From Squalus acanthias (lineage: Eukaryota), in NCBI GenBank assembly GCA_030390025.1, contig JASTWF010000356.1, positions 1 through 64,000 on the forward strand: a stretch of DNA of 64,000 nt. Reading direction: 5' to 3'. Under the pieces are notes generated by a model. It was given only the letters and a program-made list of their open reading frames with translations. It had not been told where the DNA came from and did not search any database. Position numbers and translations under genes: made by a program. Shown in pieces: positions 62,675 to 64,000 of the stretch. Positions within the stretch are counted from its first letter, which is position 1. Each line of letters opens with the position of its first letter.

Positions 62675-64000
62675 TTACCACATTCTCCCTCCATTTCGTA
62701 GCCGCTGGACGAGGGAGAGCCGCACCCGTTTGGGTTCTCGTAGCGGTAGAGGGCCCCTAGCCCGTTTACCCACCGCGGGCCGTGGACCAGAGTCCGAGTG
62801 ATCCAGCCCGCTCTGTGAGGGGTCAGGACGATCCTGACTGTGCACTGGTGCCCGAACGGGTGTCGGGCAGGGCTGTGTCAGATCCGTTTCCGAGCGTACA
62901 TTACGGGGTGGATCGTGGCTGCGCGTGCGAGCCCCGACGGGCTCATAGTCAGTCTGCCCCAGGTCGGCACGCTGGAGTGAGGTACCAGCCGGCGTCAGAT
63001 CCAGATCGTGATGAGAGGCACCTGGCAAGCCCAGAGATGTGCCTGGTACAATATCATCCCCTGGTGTCCCTCTATGTTTCGGCGGGCAGGGAGCCAGATC
63101 CCGCAATGACACGGTAGATTCCCGACCGTCAGGATACCGAATATAGGCGTAGGTAGGGTTGACGTCAGTGAGCTCAACCTCATCTACCAGGGGGTCATTC
63201 TTAGACGCCCGAACATATCTTCGGAGTAGCACTGGTCCCGGTGCAGTCTGCCACGATGGGAGAGATATCCCATAGGATGAGCGACGCTGAAATCGGAAGA
63301 ACCGTTCATGAGGCGTCGTATTTGTGGCGGTCGAAAGGAGGTACCGTGTGGAGTGGAATGCGTCTGGAAGTACTGCTTCCCATTGCTGGTTGGGTAGGCC
63401 CCGAGATCTCAAAGCCAGACGTACGGCATTCCAGATGATAGCGTTAAAACGCTCGACTTGCCCATTCCCGACCGGATGATAAGGCGTCGTTCTGCTGGCA
63501 GCAATACCCCGTTCCGAGAGATAGGCCTTGAGTTCTCCTGACATAAAAGAAGGGCCCCGATCCGAATGAACATAGGATGCCATGCCACAGAAAGCAAATA
63601 CCTGATCAAGGCAGCTGATAACCGTGGTCGTCAGCATATTGGGGCAGGGAAAGGCAAATGGAAAACGGGAATACTCATCGACCATGGTCAATAGATAAGT
63701 GTTGCGAGTTGAAGAGGGCAACGGCCCCTTAAAATCGATGCTAAGCCGTTGCATTGGCTGGGTCGCATGTATGAGTATATCACCCGAGGGGCGGAAAAAC
63801 TGAGGTTTCAATTCTGCACAGACTCTGCAGTCCGAGCACATCTTCTTTACATCCCCGGTAGAGAATGGGAGATTTCGGGACCGCACGAAGTGTAGCATGC
63901 GAGTAACGCCCGGATGACACAACCCATCATGGATGTCTACGAGCGTAGAGGGTGACATGGCGGAGCAGAATGCTCGTGTGAGGGTATCCGGATCCACATT
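62675..64000 (-). CDS. pol: Ty3/Gypsy pol C-terminus (integrase), uninterrupted, continues beyond the window
   Basis: HDGLCHPG...CRVC zinc motif; LSIDF, HSDRG, NGQVER DDE motifs; 440 codons without a stop. Confidence 0.95.
   Translation of the reverse strand, partial: NVDPDTLTRAFCSAMSPSTLVDIHDGLCHPGVTRMLHFVRSRNLPFSTGDVKKMCSDCRVCAELKPQFFRPSGDILIHATQPMQRLSIDFKGPLPSSTRNTYLLTMVDEYSRFPFAFPCPNMLTTTVISCLDQVFAFCGMASYVHSDRGPSFMSGELKAYLSERGIAASRTTPYHPVGNGQVERFNAIIWNAVRLALRSRGLPNQQWEAVLPDAFHSTRYLLSTATNTTPHERFFRFQRRSSYGISLPSWQTAPGPVLLRRYVRASKNDPLVDEVELTDVNPTYAYIRYPDGRESTVSLRDLAPCPPKHRGTPGDDIVPGTSLGLPGASHHDLDLTPAGTSLQRADLGQTDYEPVGARTRSHDPPRNVRSETDLTQPCPTPVRAPVHSQDRPDPSQSGLDHSDSGPRPAVGKRARGPLPLREPKRVRLSLVQRLRNGGRMW

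Overview
Repeat-saturated eukaryotic DNA, almost certainly from a cartilaginous fish (shark-type CR1 LINEs, a SacSINE1-like DeuSINE, Penelope ends). No intact host protein-coding gene is recognisable. From left to right: 21-bp and 39-bp satellites interleaved with a tandem segmental duplication carrying four promoter/mini-exon-like modules; Harbinger-type MITEs; nested CR1s; a full-length decayed endogenous retrovirus on the minus strand (24651-34064, tRNA-Ser PBS, gag-TAG-pol readthrough); three decayed copies of an unidentified promoter-plus-ORF unit, two of them in an inverted duplication; an Ingi/Vingi LINE fragment; a relic 5S rDNA array; Penelope ends with minimal hammerhead ribozymes; and the intact 3' end of a Gypsy element. 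The most notable signal is a 2H-phosphoesterase-like domain (two HxT motifs) between protease and RT of the ERV, which also has an env lacking gamma-type TM motifs. Most ORFs in the supplied track are satellite or antisense-TE artefacts. All calls are by eye; CR1 and duplication boundaries are approximate.
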